Shown in pieces: positions 1-10,360 of a stretch of 64,000 nucleotides of DNA. The notes below the pieces were generated by a model. It did no database searches. It had not been told where the DNA came from and worked only from the letters and a program-made list of their open reading frames with translations. Both the position numbers and the translations under genes were made by a program. Position 1 is the stretch's first letter, and each line of letters opens with the position of its first letter. The DNA lies in contig JAPOVI010000229.1 of assembly GCA_026708265.1 (NCBI GenBank), forward strand, positions 6,847 to 70,846, given 5' to 3'. Source of the DNA: Acidobacteriota bacterium (GTDB taxonomy: Bacteria > Acidobacteriota > Vicinamibacteria > Vicinamibacterales > UBA8438).

Positions 1-640
1 CGCTCACCTTCTTGCGGTCGCCGAGGATCCCCACCCCGGTTCCGATGGCCGACTGCGTGCGGAACGCGTCGATCGAGTGCACCAGCCTGCCGTCGGAGGC
101 GCTCGCGAAGTGATAGTGGCCGTCGTCGAACGCCGCGCCGTAGGCGAGGACGTACGAGCCGGTCGGGAGGGGGAGCACCATCAGCTCCGGCTGTTGCCCG
201 TCCCCCAGGCGGGCGCCGGTCTGCTGCTCGAGGCGGATGCCCGACTCGGCGGCGGTGATCGCCGGCACCGTGCCGAGAGCGAGATTCTCATGGAGCGTTC
301 CGAACGCCGACACCGTCACGCCGCGCTCGAACTGCCGCGCAACCCCCCCTCCGAGCACCGGCACGCCGCCGACGAGCTGCGTCGCGTACTCGTGTGTGCG
401 GCCGGGCAGCGTCGGGTCGTCACTGCGGGACGCGACGACCAGCTCGCCGGTGCGCAGCATCCCGTCGATCCGCGCGTCCCAGGCCTGCAGCTCGCCGGGT
501 GTCGCCCCGGACCCTACCGCTACCGGCACGGCGGTTGCGGCCCCCCCCGGCGGCACCTGTGCGGCAGCGGGCACGCTCGCCGCCAGGGTCGCAATCGTCA
601 TCAGGCCGATGCGGGCTCTCTGTTGCGTTCGTCTCAGCAT
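1..640 (-). CDS. secreted protein; N-terminal part of a probable M4 (thermolysin-like) metallopeptidase. The 3' end lies outside the window.
   Basis: Absent from the ORF track because it runs off the left edge. Reverse-strand ATG at 640-638 is preceded by AGGAG. My translation is MLRRTQQRARIGLMTIATLAASVPAAAQ (signal peptide) ... DAFRTQSAIGTGVGILGDRKKVS. The GxGxGxLGDxK stretch is the conserved entry into the catalytic domain of thermolysin-family proteases. The catalytic HExxH is not in the window. Confidence 0.5.
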   Translation of the reverse strand, partial: MLRRTQQRARIGLMTIATLAASVPAAAQVPPGGAATAVPVAVGSGATPGELQAWDARIDGMLRTGELVVASRSDDPTLPGRTHEYATQLVGGVPVLGGGVARQFERGVTVSAFGTLHENLALGTVPAITAAESGIRLEQQTGARLGDGQQPELMVLPLPTGSYVLAYGAAFDDGHYHFASASDGRLVHSIDAFRTQSAIGTGVGILGDRKKVS

Positions 641-676
641 CTGTCGTCGCTCCTGCCGTCCGCTCGTCCCGCGGCT

Positions 677-1501
677 TCAGAATCTGAGTCGCAGGCCGCC
701 GCCCACGTGCAGCCCGCCCGCCGGCACGCCCACCGTGCCCCCGCCGCCCGACGCCAGGTCGACCGTCGCCCGGCTGTAGCGCGCGAGCACCCCCACGCCG
801 GCGAGGTCCGAGAAGTAGTACGCGAGGTCGGCGCCCACGTTGAACCCGACGCCCGTACCGGACTGCCCGCCGGCGATCGCCCGGTCGTAGGTAGCGGCCT
901 CGTAGGGATACCGCTGCCGGAACTGCACGTCCGTCACGAGCTCCTGCTGCAGGCTGATGACCGTCGGCCCGCCGAAGAGGGTGACCGTCAGCGAATCGGT
1001 GACGGGTGCGAGGTACTGCGCCTGGAGGTGAACGCCGAGCTCCTGGCGGGTGAGGTCCGCCGCGACGCCGGCGAACTCGCGGTCCCGGCTGTGGAAGAAC
1101 GGGTGCGGCGCCCGCCCCGACACCGTTGCCTCGCCGTTGCCCTGGATGAAGGACACCGCCACCGCCAGCGCGAAGTTGTCGCCGAGGCGATACCCGGCGC
1201 TGGCGTCGAAGGCAGGCGCCGACGCCGGCCGGTGACCTCCCGTGAGGCGGGCCTCCTCCTGCGCCGCCGCCGCGGACAGGAGACCCACCGGCGTCGCCGC
1301 GTAGACGCCGCCGGACTCGCCGAAGACGACGTCGTCGGCGAACTCGGCGGCCAGTGCCTGCAGGCCGCCGTTGATGGTGACGAAACCCCGCCCGTCCCCT
1401 GCCCTCGTCTGGGCCCCGGCGGGCGCGGACATGGCCGCTACGACCGCGGCGGCAAGCAGCCAGGCCACCGCCGGCCGCCGTCCTTCCGTCTGGTTGATCA
1501 T
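677..1501 (-). CDS. outer-membrane beta-barrel protein (OmpA-like/porin-like barrel, 274 aa)
   Basis: This is the C-terminal 274 codons of track ORF 677..3388(-). It starts with MINQTEGRRPAVAWLLAAAVVAAMSAPAGAQ (signal peptide), shows an alternating hydrophobic pattern and ends in ...GGGLRLRF with a terminal Phe, which is typical of OM barrels. The ATG at 1501 was verified in sequence (atgatcaac on the reverse strand). Confidence 0.75.
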   Translation of the reverse strand: MINQTEGRRPAVAWLLAAAVVAAMSAPAGAQTRAGDGRGFVTINGGLQALAAEFADDVVFGESGGVYAATPVGLLSAAAAQEEARLTGGHRPASAPAFDASAGYRLGDNFALAVAVSFIQGNGEATVSGRAPHPFFHSRDREFAGVAADLTRQELGVHLQAQYLAPVTDSLTVTLFGGPTVISLQQELVTDVQFRQRYPYEAATYDRAIAGGQSGTGVGFNVGADLAYYFSDLAGVGVLARYSRATVDLASGGGGTVGVPAGGLHVGGGLRLRF

Positions 1502-1664
1502 CTGTATCGAGCGTGCTCCACGGGCGCACCCCAATCGGGAGAACTCGCGCCCGCTTGGAATCCGTGTGGCCGGACTGGTCCCGCGGCCGATACGGGCGGA
1601 CCGCTGCGCCCGCCCGTGGCGTTCACGACAGTTCACTATACTGGAAAGGCCTGCGCGGCCCGGC

Positions 1665-1752
1665 GGATCGGTCCCGTCTCGCGCTGGGAGTCTGCGCCGC
1701 AGAACAGGCGTTGCGACAGCTCTCGCGCGCGGACTGCAGCCCGCCGTCGGGG
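1665..1752 (-). repeat. dispersed intergenic hairpin element, copy A (core TTCTGCGGCGCAGACTCC on the minus strand = 1687-1704)
   Basis: The reverse complement aligns with copies at 11024-11116 and 23667-23756. It has the same 18-nt core, a left arm GCAGTCCGCGCG and a downstream GACGGGACC. It lies upstream of, and in the same orientation as, the OMP gene. Confidence 0.6.
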
Positions 1753-1858
1753 CGGGCTGAGACCCTGCGGTCGCGACGGGAGTTCGCCCCAGCGGGAGGA
1801 CCTGCGACGGCCCCGATGCGGCGCAGGCTCCCGGCGGGCGCAGTCGGGAGAAGAGGTA

Positions 1859-3234
<1,376 letters not shown>

Positions 3235-3238
<4 letters not shown>

Positions 3239-4950
3239 CGCGGGCAGTCCCGGCCGGAACCGACGCAGCCGCGGGAGCGGCCCGCACGAGTGCGGCCTGC
3301 GTCCTCGTGGCGGCGGTTTCGATCGGCTTCCTCGGCGTCGCCCACGCGTCGACCGCCGCGGGCACGCCATCGGCGGCCACCGGTGCATCGACGGTAGCGG
3401 GCGCGGCGGCCGCCACCGGCACCGCGGTCACCGGCACGGCGACCGCCACCGGCGCGTGGACCGCCGCTCGGGCTCTGCGCGGGCCGAGCGGCGGCGGCCA
3501 GGAAGGCTCGTCGTCCGTTCTCGCGTTGCCCGCCCCCGGATCGCCACTCGTCACCCTGCGCATCGGGTTCCGCACCGGGTCGGTCGACGATCCGGCCGGC
3601 CGCGACGGCCTGAACGCGCTGACGGCGCTCACGATGGGGCGCGGCGGCACGAGCTCGATGACCTTCGAGGCGATCACCGAGGCCCTCTACCCCTGGTCGG
3701 CGTCGATCCGGGCACAATTCGACAAGGAGATGACGGTGCTCGTCGGAGAGGTGCACCGCGACCACCTCGATCCCTTCTTCGCGATCGTGCGCGACCTCGT
3801 CGTCGCCCCGCGCTTCGACCCGGCCGACTTCGCGCGCAACCGCGACTTCCTGACCAACAGCCTCGTCTCGAGCCTCCGGGGCGGCAACGACGAGGAGCTG
3901 GGCAAGGAGACGCTGAACGCGCTGCTCTACGCCGGCCACCCCTACGAGGCGCCGGTGATGGGTACCGAGGACGGGTTGGCGGCCATCGGGCTCGACGACG
4001 TGCGGGCCTTCCATCGGAGCCACTACACGCGGGACCGGGCGCTCGTCGGCATCGCCGGCGGCTACCCGGACGGCTTCGCCGAGCGCGTCGAGCGCGAGCT
4101 GCTCGATCGCCTGCCGGAGGGTGGGGCGGAGCGCACCTCGCTGCCGGCGCCGCGCCCGCTCGACGGCGTCGAGCTGCTGCTGGTCGACAAGGACGCCATC
4201 GCGACCGCCATCTCCATCGGCTTCCCCATCGAGGCGACGCGCAGCGACGACGACTTCTACGCCCTGATGGTCGCCAACTCGTACTTCGGCGAGCACCGCA
4301 CGTTCAACGGGCTGCTGATGAACAAGATGCGCGGCCAGCGGGGGCTCAACTACGGCGACTATTCGTATATCGAGAGCTTCATCCAGGACGGCGGCTCGCG
4401 GCTGCCGGTCCCGAACATCCCGCGCCGGCAGCAGTTCTTCAGCATCTGGATCCGGCCCGTCCCGCACCACAACGCGCACTTCGCGCTGCGCCAGGCGATC
4501 CGCGAGTTGCACGTTCTGGTCGACGACGGAATGACGCCGGAGGCGTTCGAAACGACGCGCGAGTTCCTGCTGAACTACTCGAGGCTCTACGTGCAGACGA
4601 CCAGCCGCCGGCTCGGCTACCACATGGACTCGGCCGTCTACGGGGGCGGCTACTTCATCGACGAGATCCAGCGGCGGCTCGAGGCCCTTACCGTCGAGGA
4701 GGTCAACGCGGCCATCCGGCGGCACCTGCAGTACGACGACCTTGCCGTCGGCATCGTCACCCGCGACGCCGCCGCCTTCCGCGACCGGCTGCTCGCGAAC
4801 GAGCCTTCGCCGCCGACCTACAACACGGAGGTACCCGAGGCGATCCGCGCCGAGGACGCGCTGATCGAGGGATTCGAGCTGGCGATCAACCCGGACCGGG
4901 TGCGTGTCGCGCCGGTCGGGGAGATGTTCCGGGCCGTTTCGGCCGGCTGA
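3235..4950 (+). CDS. M16 family peptidase, non-catalytic partner subunit (no HxxEH)
   Basis: ATG at 3235 overlaps the stop of the upstream M16 gene (ATGA). Signal-like N-terminus. M16 fold signatures (GFRTGSVDDPAGRDGLNALTALTMGRGG, YFGEHRTFNG) are present but the HxxEH site is not. Confidence 0.85.
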
Positions 4951-5013
4951 CGTACGGGAACCCGGGCGGCGGCCGGGCGCGCCGGAGCCGCGAAGAGCCG
5001 AGGAGAAGAGGGG

Positions 5014-5862
5014 ATGCGGGCACATCGACCGATCATGATCGCCGGGTTGGCGGCGGCGCTGTTGCTGGCGGGGGCGGCGGGCGCGCTGGCCCAGGAAGCG
5101 GGTAGCACCGTCGCGGCGGATCCGCGCCTCGAGACACGCACCTATACCTTCGAGGGAACCGGGGCCGAGGTGCCGTACGCGCTGTTCGTACCGTCGAGCT
5201 ACGACCCGTCCCGCGCGTGGCCCGTCATCGTCGGACTGCATGGGTTCGGCCGGCCGTACGACTGGATCATGAGCTACGACGGCTACGTCGACATGGCCGA
5301 GCGCGACGGGTACATCCTGGTCACGCCCAAGGGGTACCACCCGCGCGCGTGGTACGGCAGCCGCGGCCCGGGCATCCCCACGCTGCGCGGCAGCGACGAC
5401 GACCCCGCGACCCTGCCCGCCAACCTCGGCGCGCTCTCCGAGCAGGATGTGATGAACGTGCTGCGCCTGGTGACGGAGGAGTTCAACGTGGACCCCGACC
5501 GGATCTATCTCTGGGGCCACTCGATGGGCGGGGCCGGCACGTACCACCTGGCCGCGAAGTTCCCGCACGTCTGGGCCGCGCTGGCGGTGGCCGCGCCCGC
5601 GCCCGGGGTGAGCCCGGATCAGCTCACCCCCTTCCGCCACATCCCGATCCTCGTGCTGCAGGGCGATCAGGACCAGGCCGTGCCGGTCACGCGCACGCGC
5701 GAGTGGGTCGCTCGGATGCGGGAGCTCGGCATGGAGCACGTGTACATCGAGATCGAAGGCGGCGATCACTCGGCGTTCATCAACGCCGACCGCGGCATGA
5801 TCTCCAAGCTCTACTCGTTCTTCGACATCGTGCGGCGGACCGAGCGGCCCGAGACCGACTGA
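5014..5862 (+). CDS. secreted alpha/beta hydrolase (esterase/PHB-depolymerase-like)
   Basis: Signal peptide MRAHRPIMIAGLAAALLLAGAAGALAQ. Nucleophile elbow GHSMGG. LQGDQD and GGDH supply the acid/His candidates. Shine-Dalgarno AGGAGAAGAGGGG. Confidence 0.8.
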   Translation: MRAHRPIMIAGLAAALLLAGAAGALAQEAGSTVAADPRLETRTYTFEGTGAEVPYALFVPSSYDPSRAWPVIVGLHGFGRPYDWIMSYDGYVDMAERDGYILVTPKGYHPRAWYGSRGPGIPTLRGSDDDPATLPANLGALSEQDVMNVLRLVTEEFNVDPDRIYLWGHSMGGAGTYHLAAKFPHVWAALAVAAPAPGVSPDQLTPFRHIPILVLQGDQDQAVPVTRTREWVARMRELGMEHVYIEIEGGDHSAFINADRGMISKLYSFFDIVRRTERPETD

Positions 5863-6680
5863 CGCGCTTCGGGTGAGGCTAGCTCGTTCAGCGCGCCCCG
5901 GCGATAGCCGTCGGGGTCCACCTCGACCTGCTCGAAGCCGGCGTCCCGAAACCGGGCGGTGACGTCGGCCAGGAGCTCCGCGTCGTCGAAGCGGTGGACC
6001 TCGCCGGGTGCCACCTCGATTCGCGCGAGGCGATCGAAGTAGCGCACGCGGCAGCCGGTGAAGCCCCGCTCGCGCAACACGCGCTCGCAGGCGGCCACGC
6101 GGGTCAGCCGTTCCGGCGTGATGGCGGTGCCGTACGGGAAGCGGCTCGACAGGCAGGCGAGCGCGGGCTTGTCCCAGACCGGAAGCGCGATTCGCCGCGC
6201 CGCCTCGCGGACGTCGGCCTTGGTGAACCCCGCCTCGTCGAGCGGCGAGCGGACGCCGTGCTCCTTCGCCGCCTGCCGTCCCGGGCGCACGTCGGCGCGG
6301 TCGTCGACGTTGAAGCCGTCGATCACGTGGGCGATCCCGAGCCGCCCGGCTTCCCGCACCGCCCGCCCGTACACCTCCGTCTTGCAGAAGTAGCAGCGGT
6401 TGACGGGATTGGCCGCATAGCGCGGGTCGTCGACCTCGGCCGTGTCGACCAGCAGATGATGGGCGCCGAGGCGGGACGCGAGCCGGCGGGCGGCCTCGCC
6501 CTCTTCGGGGGCCAGGCTGGGGGAGACGGCGGTCAGGGCGGCGGCGCGGTCGCCGAGGGCACGGACCGCTTCCGCGAGCAGGTAGCCCGAATCGACGCCG
6601 CCCGAAAAGCAGACCACGACCTCTCCGAGGTCGCTGAGCGTGCGTCGCAGACGAGCGACCTTGTCGTCCAGGGTAGCCAT
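5811..6680 (-). CDS. larE: ATP-dependent sacrificial sulfur transferase LarE (PP-loop ATP pyrophosphatase, TIGR00268 type)
   Basis: PP-loop CFSGGVDSG, NRCYFCK motif and ACLSSRFPYG (the sacrificial Cys context). The 3' end overlaps the convergent hydrolase gene by 52 nt. Confidence 0.8.
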   Translation of the reverse strand: MATLDDKVARLRRTLSDLGEVVVCFSGGVDSGYLLAEAVRALGDRAAALTAVSPSLAPEEGEAARRLASRLGAHHLLVDTAEVDDPRYAANPVNRCYFCKTEVYGRAVREAGRLGIAHVIDGFNVDDRADVRPGRQAAKEHGVRSPLDEAGFTKADVREAARRIALPVWDKPALACLSSRFPYGTAITPERLTRVAACERVLRERGFTGCRVRYFDRLARIEVAPGEVHRFDDAELLADVTARFRDAGFEQVEVDPDGYRRGALNELASPEARQSVSGRSVRRTMSKNE

Positions 6681-6691
6681 CGCGTCATAAT

Positions 6692-6745
6692 GGGACGCCC
6701 GCGCGGGGAAGCTCTCGCACCGTGCGTTCCGCGAGCAGACCCGGT
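6692..6745 (+). repeat. dispersed intergenic element, diverged copy D (core-like TTCCGCGAGCAGACCC 6727-6742)
   Basis: CTCTCGCACCGTGCGTTCCGCGAGCAGACCCGG aligns with copy C CTCTCGCATCGCGGGTTCTGCGGCGCGGACTCCGG. It sits upstream of, and in the same orientation as, the 6839 membrane-protein gene. Confidence 0.4.
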
Positions 6746-6838
6746 TTCCCGTGGCGCAAGGTCACGCTCGTCCGCGCCCGTTCACTGTAGTGTAACGCCA
6801 CACACCCGGTCCCCACGTCGTCGATACGCGCTCCTCCG

Positions 6839-7498
6839 ATGCCCGATCCGCTCCCGACCGCTACTGTTCTGCTCGGCACCACCGCCACGCTGGCCGTCGT
6901 CCACGCGTTGCTCGGCGTCGACCACTCCCTTCCGTTCGTCGCTCTCGGGCGCGCCAGGGGCTGGTCGCTGCGGCGCACGCTGTTCGTGACCGCGGCGTGC
7001 GGCGGCGGGCATGTCCTGTCGTCCGTCCTCATCGGAGCGGTGGGGGTCGGCCTCGGCATCGCCACCGACGCCCTGCTCTGGCTCGAGTCCGCGCGCGGCC
7101 AGTGGGCCGCCGCGCTGCTGATCGGCTTCGGCCTCGCGTACGCGGCGTGGGCCGTCTTCCGGAGGCTGCGCGCGAAGGACCGGGCGACCCCGAGCGCACA
7201 GACCACGGCCGCCGCTCGCGCCACGCCCTGGGCGCTCTTCGTCGTCTTCGCGCTCGGCCCGTGCGAGCCGCTCATCCCGCTGATGGTAGTACCCGGCATG
7301 GCCCGCGACTGGTTGACCCTGGGGGCCGTGATCGCGGTCTTCGGGGCGCTCACGATTGGCGTCATGCTGGCCGCCGTGGCTGCGGGCTACCGCGGCATCG
7401 AGCTGCTGGGAACGAGCCGCATCGGCGGTCACGCCGACCTCGCGGCGGGACTCGTCGTCGCGGCGAGCGGTGCCGCGGTGCTGTTTCTCGGCCTGTAG
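6839..7498 (+). CDS. polytopic membrane protein, possible Ni/Co-type metal transporter (UreH/DsbD_2/NicO-like)
   Basis: About six hydrophobic segments, a His/Asp motif VHALLGVDH in TM1 and GPCEPLIPL in a later TM. The family assignment is by motif resemblance only. Confidence 0.55.
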   Translation: MPDPLPTATVLLGTTATLAVVHALLGVDHSLPFVALGRARGWSLRRTLFVTAACGGGHVLSSVLIGAVGVGLGIATDALLWLESARGQWAAALLIGFGLAYAAWAVFRRLRAKDRATPSAQTTAAARATPWALFVVFALGPCEPLIPLMVVPGMARDWLTLGAVIAVFGALTIGVMLAAVAAGYRGIELLGTSRIGGHADLAAGLVVAASGAAVLFLGL

Positions 7499-7533
7499 CG
7501 CGTCCACACCGACGGTTCCGCCGCAGCTTCGTC

Positions 7534-7559
7534 GTCGGGCGGCTTCGCTAGCGCCCGAC
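7534..7559 (+). terminator. GC-rich hairpin downstream of the membrane-protein gene
   Basis: GTCGGGCG (7534-7541) and CGCCCGAC (7552-7559) form a perfect 8-bp stem with a 10-nt loop. There is no U-tract. Confidence 0.3.
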
Positions 7560-7646
7560 ACGCACCTGACCCCGAGACTCGACCACCGGCAGGCGGGTGC
7601 CTGCGTTCAAGCCGATCCGATCCGATACGATCGGAGACTGCGAACC

Positions 7647-8696
7647 ATGCTGGAACGACTCCACATACGAAAGCTCCGCGGCCTTCGCGATCTGAAGGTC
7701 GAGGGCCTGGGTCCCGTCAACGTCGTTGCAGGCAGGAATAACGCGGGGAAGACGACCTTGCTCGAGGCCATCTTCCTCCTCGGCGGAGCAGGTAATCCGC
7801 GCCACGCCCTCAACAGCCATGTCGTTCGCATGGAGCCGGCTGACGCGACTCCCGCATCAGTCTGGGAGAGCGCTTGGGCGCCGCTCTTCTACGATCTGAA
7901 CGTGGACGAGCCGCTGACGATCTCCGGGCATCATTCTGCGGTTGGCGACATGACCCTGAGCGTTGCGCTCGCCCGGCCGGTCACGACCGAAGTGCCTCGT
8001 GGTGGGAACGATCGACCACTTACGACTGACCGCCCCTTCGAACGTGCGCTCAGGTTCACGTACGTCGATCCTCGAGCCGGACAACTGGAGAACCAAGCCA
8101 GAGAGATGCCCGACAAGGTGGCGTTCGACCAGAACGACACGTACTCTCCATTCAACGGGACAATCCTTCAGCCGAGGAGTAGCAACGTCAATGAGGACGC
8201 AGTCCGCCTGGGACGGCTGAGGAAGCAGAAACGCGGTGATCTGTTGCTGGAGGCGCTTCGCGTCCTGGAGCCCAGGTTGCAGGCCGTCGAGGACAACGCC
8301 TCGAGCGGCGCCCCGATGATCTGGGTCGATGTCGGCCTGAGGGAGCTCGTGCCGTTGCCGACCATGGGAGCCGGGATGACGCACGTCACGCGCCTGGTCC
8401 TGGCTGCCGCGATGGTGCCGGACGGCATCGTACTCGTGGACGAGATCGAGAACGGACTGCACCACTCCGTGCTGCCCGACGTCTGGCACGTCGTGGGCAA
8501 GGCCGCAGAGCAGTTCAACGTCCAGTTCTTCGCGACGACGCACAGCTTCGAGTGCGTGCAGGCCGCGCGAACGGCCCTCGGATCAGACGGTTTTCGGCTG
8601 CACCGACTCGACATCGTCAAGGGCGAGAACCGCTGCGTGACGTACGGCCCGGAGGCGATGGACGCGGCCATCCGCCACAACCTGGAGGTCCGCTGA
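7647..8696 (+). CDS. ABC/SMC-type (AAA_21/AAA_15-like) ATPase, 349 aa
   Basis: ATG at 7647 is in frame in track ORF 7356..8696. Walker A GRNNAGKTTLLEA, signature-like PTMGAGMTHV, Walker B IVLVDEIENGLH, H-loop FFATTHS. Hand-counted lines give about 57-65% G+C, well below flanking genes. Confidence 0.85.
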   Translation: MLERLHIRKLRGLRDLKVEGLGPVNVVAGRNNAGKTTLLEAIFLLGGAGNPRHALNSHVVRMEPADATPASVWESAWAPLFYDLNVDEPLTISGHHSAVGDMTLSVALARPVTTEVPRGGNDRPLTTDRPFERALRFTYVDPRAGQLENQAREMPDKVAFDQNDTYSPFNGTILQPRSSNVNEDAVRLGRLRKQKRGDLLLEALRVLEPRLQAVEDNASSGAPMIWVDVGLRELVPLPTMGAGMTHVTRLVLAAAMVPDGIVLVDEIENGLHHSVLPDVWHVVGKAAEQFNVQFFATTHSFECVQAARTALGSDGFRLHRLDIVKGENRCVTYGPEAMDAAIRHNLEVR

Positions 8697-8698
8697 AC

Positions 8699-9394
8699 AT
8701 GGACCCCGTGGAGATCGAGCGCCCGGTACAACTCCTGGTCGAAGGCAACGACGCGCGCAACTTCTTCGAGGCGCTTGCCCAGCATCTCGGACTCGGGGAC
8801 ATCCAGGTTCAGAACTACGGCGGCGTCAACGATCTGGGCGGATTCGTCAGCGCGTTCGCGGCGGCGCCGGGATTCACGGGCGTGACGAGCCTCGGCGTCG
8901 TGCGAGACGCGGAACGACCGGCCGACGGTGCACCGGGAACTCCGCGAGAGGACGCGCCACCGGCGGCGGCCCGTCGTGGGACGGAGCGCTACGCCGACAG
9001 GGCGTTCCAGAGCGTGTGTACCGCACTGGGCAACGTCGGTTTGCCGGTACCGGCACGTCCCGTCGAGAAGTCGGCATCGAATCCCGCGGTGGGCGTGTTC
9101 ATCCTGCCAGGCGGGGGGGACGACGGGATGCTCGAGACGCTGCTGTGCAGAACGTTCGCCGGGTCGCCCGTCGATGCATGCATCGAGGGTTTCTTCAGGT
9201 GTGTCGCGAGGTCAGAGATTCCGATTCGTCGTCCGGACAAGTCCCGAGCGCGTGCGTTCCTGGCCACGACCCAGGATCCGCAGGTATCCGTCGGCGTGGC
9301 AGCACAGCGCGGCCATTGGGACTTCGATCACGACGCCCTTCGCGGCGTCCGCCGCTTCCTCAGGAGCTTGGTCGGGGACACGCCGCCGGCGTAA
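8699..9394 (+). CDS. small Toprim-like partner protein (DUF3226/DUF4276/RloB-like), 231 aa
   Basis: ATG is 2 nt after the ATPase stop. N-terminal QLLVEGNDARNFF is the VEGxxD Toprim Glu motif seen in OLD-family/DUF4435-type partners. LGVVRDAE sits in the DxD-equivalent position, and later there is ILPGGGDDGMLETLL. A Pro/Ala-rich insert (RPADGAPGTPREDAPPAAARRG) follows the DAE motif. Confidence 0.6.
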   Translation: MDPVEIERPVQLLVEGNDARNFFEALAQHLGLGDIQVQNYGGVNDLGGFVSAFAAAPGFTGVTSLGVVRDAERPADGAPGTPREDAPPAAARRGTERYADRAFQSVCTALGNVGLPVPARPVEKSASNPAVGVFILPGGGDDGMLETLLCRTFAGSPVDACIEGFFRCVARSEIPIRRPDKSRARAFLATTQDPQVSVGVAAQRGHWDFDHDALRGVRRFLRSLVGDTPPA

Positions 9395-9510
9395 GCAGGC
9401 GGTCTCCGGCGAGTCTGGTGGTCACGAATGCAGGTCCCGCCCCTGCACGCGCTTCGGCGCAGCGTGCGACCTGCGCTGTCGACTGGCCTTGAGGCCGGAG
9501 GCGACGCGGC

Positions 9511-10344
9511 GTGCTCGCTCTCCTGAAACGCTTCGCCGGCCGCTTCGCGCTCACGCTGACGCTCGTCGTCCTCGAGGCGGCGGCCTGGACGCTGTTCCCG
9601 CTCGCGCTCGGTCGGGCGATCGACGCCGCCCTCGGCAACACGCGCCGGGGCTTCTACGAGCTCGCCGGACTCGGCATCGCCGCCATGGCCATCGCGATCG
9701 CCCGGCGGGTGGTCGACAGCCGGGCGTACGCGCGGATCTATGCCCGGCTGGGGGAGGACCTCGTGCTCCGCGAATCCGGGGGGAGCACGTCGGCGCTCAC
9801 CGCGCGCCTGGGCATGCTGCGGGAGATCGTCGAGTTCTTCGAGAACTCGCTCCCGAACCTGGTCAACAGCACCGTGGGTCTGGGCGGCACTCTCCTCATC
9901 CTGTCGGCCCTCAACCCGGCGATCGCCCTCGGCTGCCTCGGCGTCGGCACGGTCACCGCGGCGATCTACGCCCTGACGGGGCGGCTGACGACGCGCTACA
10001 ACCGCGGCCTCAACGACGAGCACGAGCGCCAGGTGGACGCGGTGAGCAGCGGCGACCCGCAGCGCGTGGGCAGCCACCTCCGCGAACTGATGCGCTGGAA
10101 CATCCGGCTCTCCGACCTCGAGGCGGCCAACTTCGGGGTGGTCTGGCTGTTCATGGTCGGCCTGCTGGTCTTCTCGGTCAGCGCCGCGGCGGAAGCGACC
10201 ATCGAGTACGGCAGCGTCTTCGCCGTCGTGATGTACGTCTTCCAGTTCGGCGACTCGGTGATCCTGCTCCCGTTCTTCTACCAGCAGTGGCTTCGCCTCC
10301 GAGAGATCTCCGGGCGCATCACCGCGTCCGGCGTCGCCGCCTGA
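9511..10344 (+). CDS. ABC exporter transmembrane domain protein without a nucleotide-binding domain
   Basis: GTG start. About six TM helices with type I ABC exporter TMD spacing (FYELAGLGIAAMAIAIARR..., coupling-helix region RLGMLREIVEFFENSLPNLV). It stops after the TMD with no Walker motifs. Confidence 0.7.
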   Translation: MLALLKRFAGRFALTLTLVVLEAAAWTLFPLALGRAIDAALGNTRRGFYELAGLGIAAMAIAIARRVVDSRAYARIYARLGEDLVLRESGGSTSALTARLGMLREIVEFFENSLPNLVNSTVGLGGTLLILSALNPAIALGCLGVGTVTAAIYALTGRLTTRYNRGLNDEHERQVDAVSSGDPQRVGSHLRELMRWNIRLSDLEAANFGVVWLFMVGLLVFSVSAAAEATIEYGSVFAVVMYVFQFGDSVILLPFFYQQWLRLREISGRITASGVAA

Positions 10345-10360
10345 GGCTCCCTGCGCGGGC

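Noticed and set aside
1621-1644. GTTCAC-containing boxes (GTTCACGACAGTTCACTATACT here, GTTCACTGTAGTGTAAC at 6780-6797) as a shared operator
   Set aside because: Only two occurrences exist, in differing arrangement and orientation relative to the dispersed element. They overlap plausible -10 boxes, so there is too little evidence for a separate site.
77-1858. N-terminal 594 codons of track ORF 77..3238, and ORF 420..1529(-)
   Set aside because: This region is better explained by the minus-strand M4-like gene (1-640) and the OM barrel gene (677-1501). The M16 peptidase starts at the internal ATG at 1859, which has a Shine-Dalgarno sequence and a signal peptide.
7631-9410. Inverted repeats CGGAGAC (7631-7637) and GTCTCCG (about 9399-9410) flanking the ATPase/Toprim cassette, as possible element ends
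   Set aside because: The match is only 7 bp, which is expected by chance in a 2-kb span. No target-site duplication or transposase is present.
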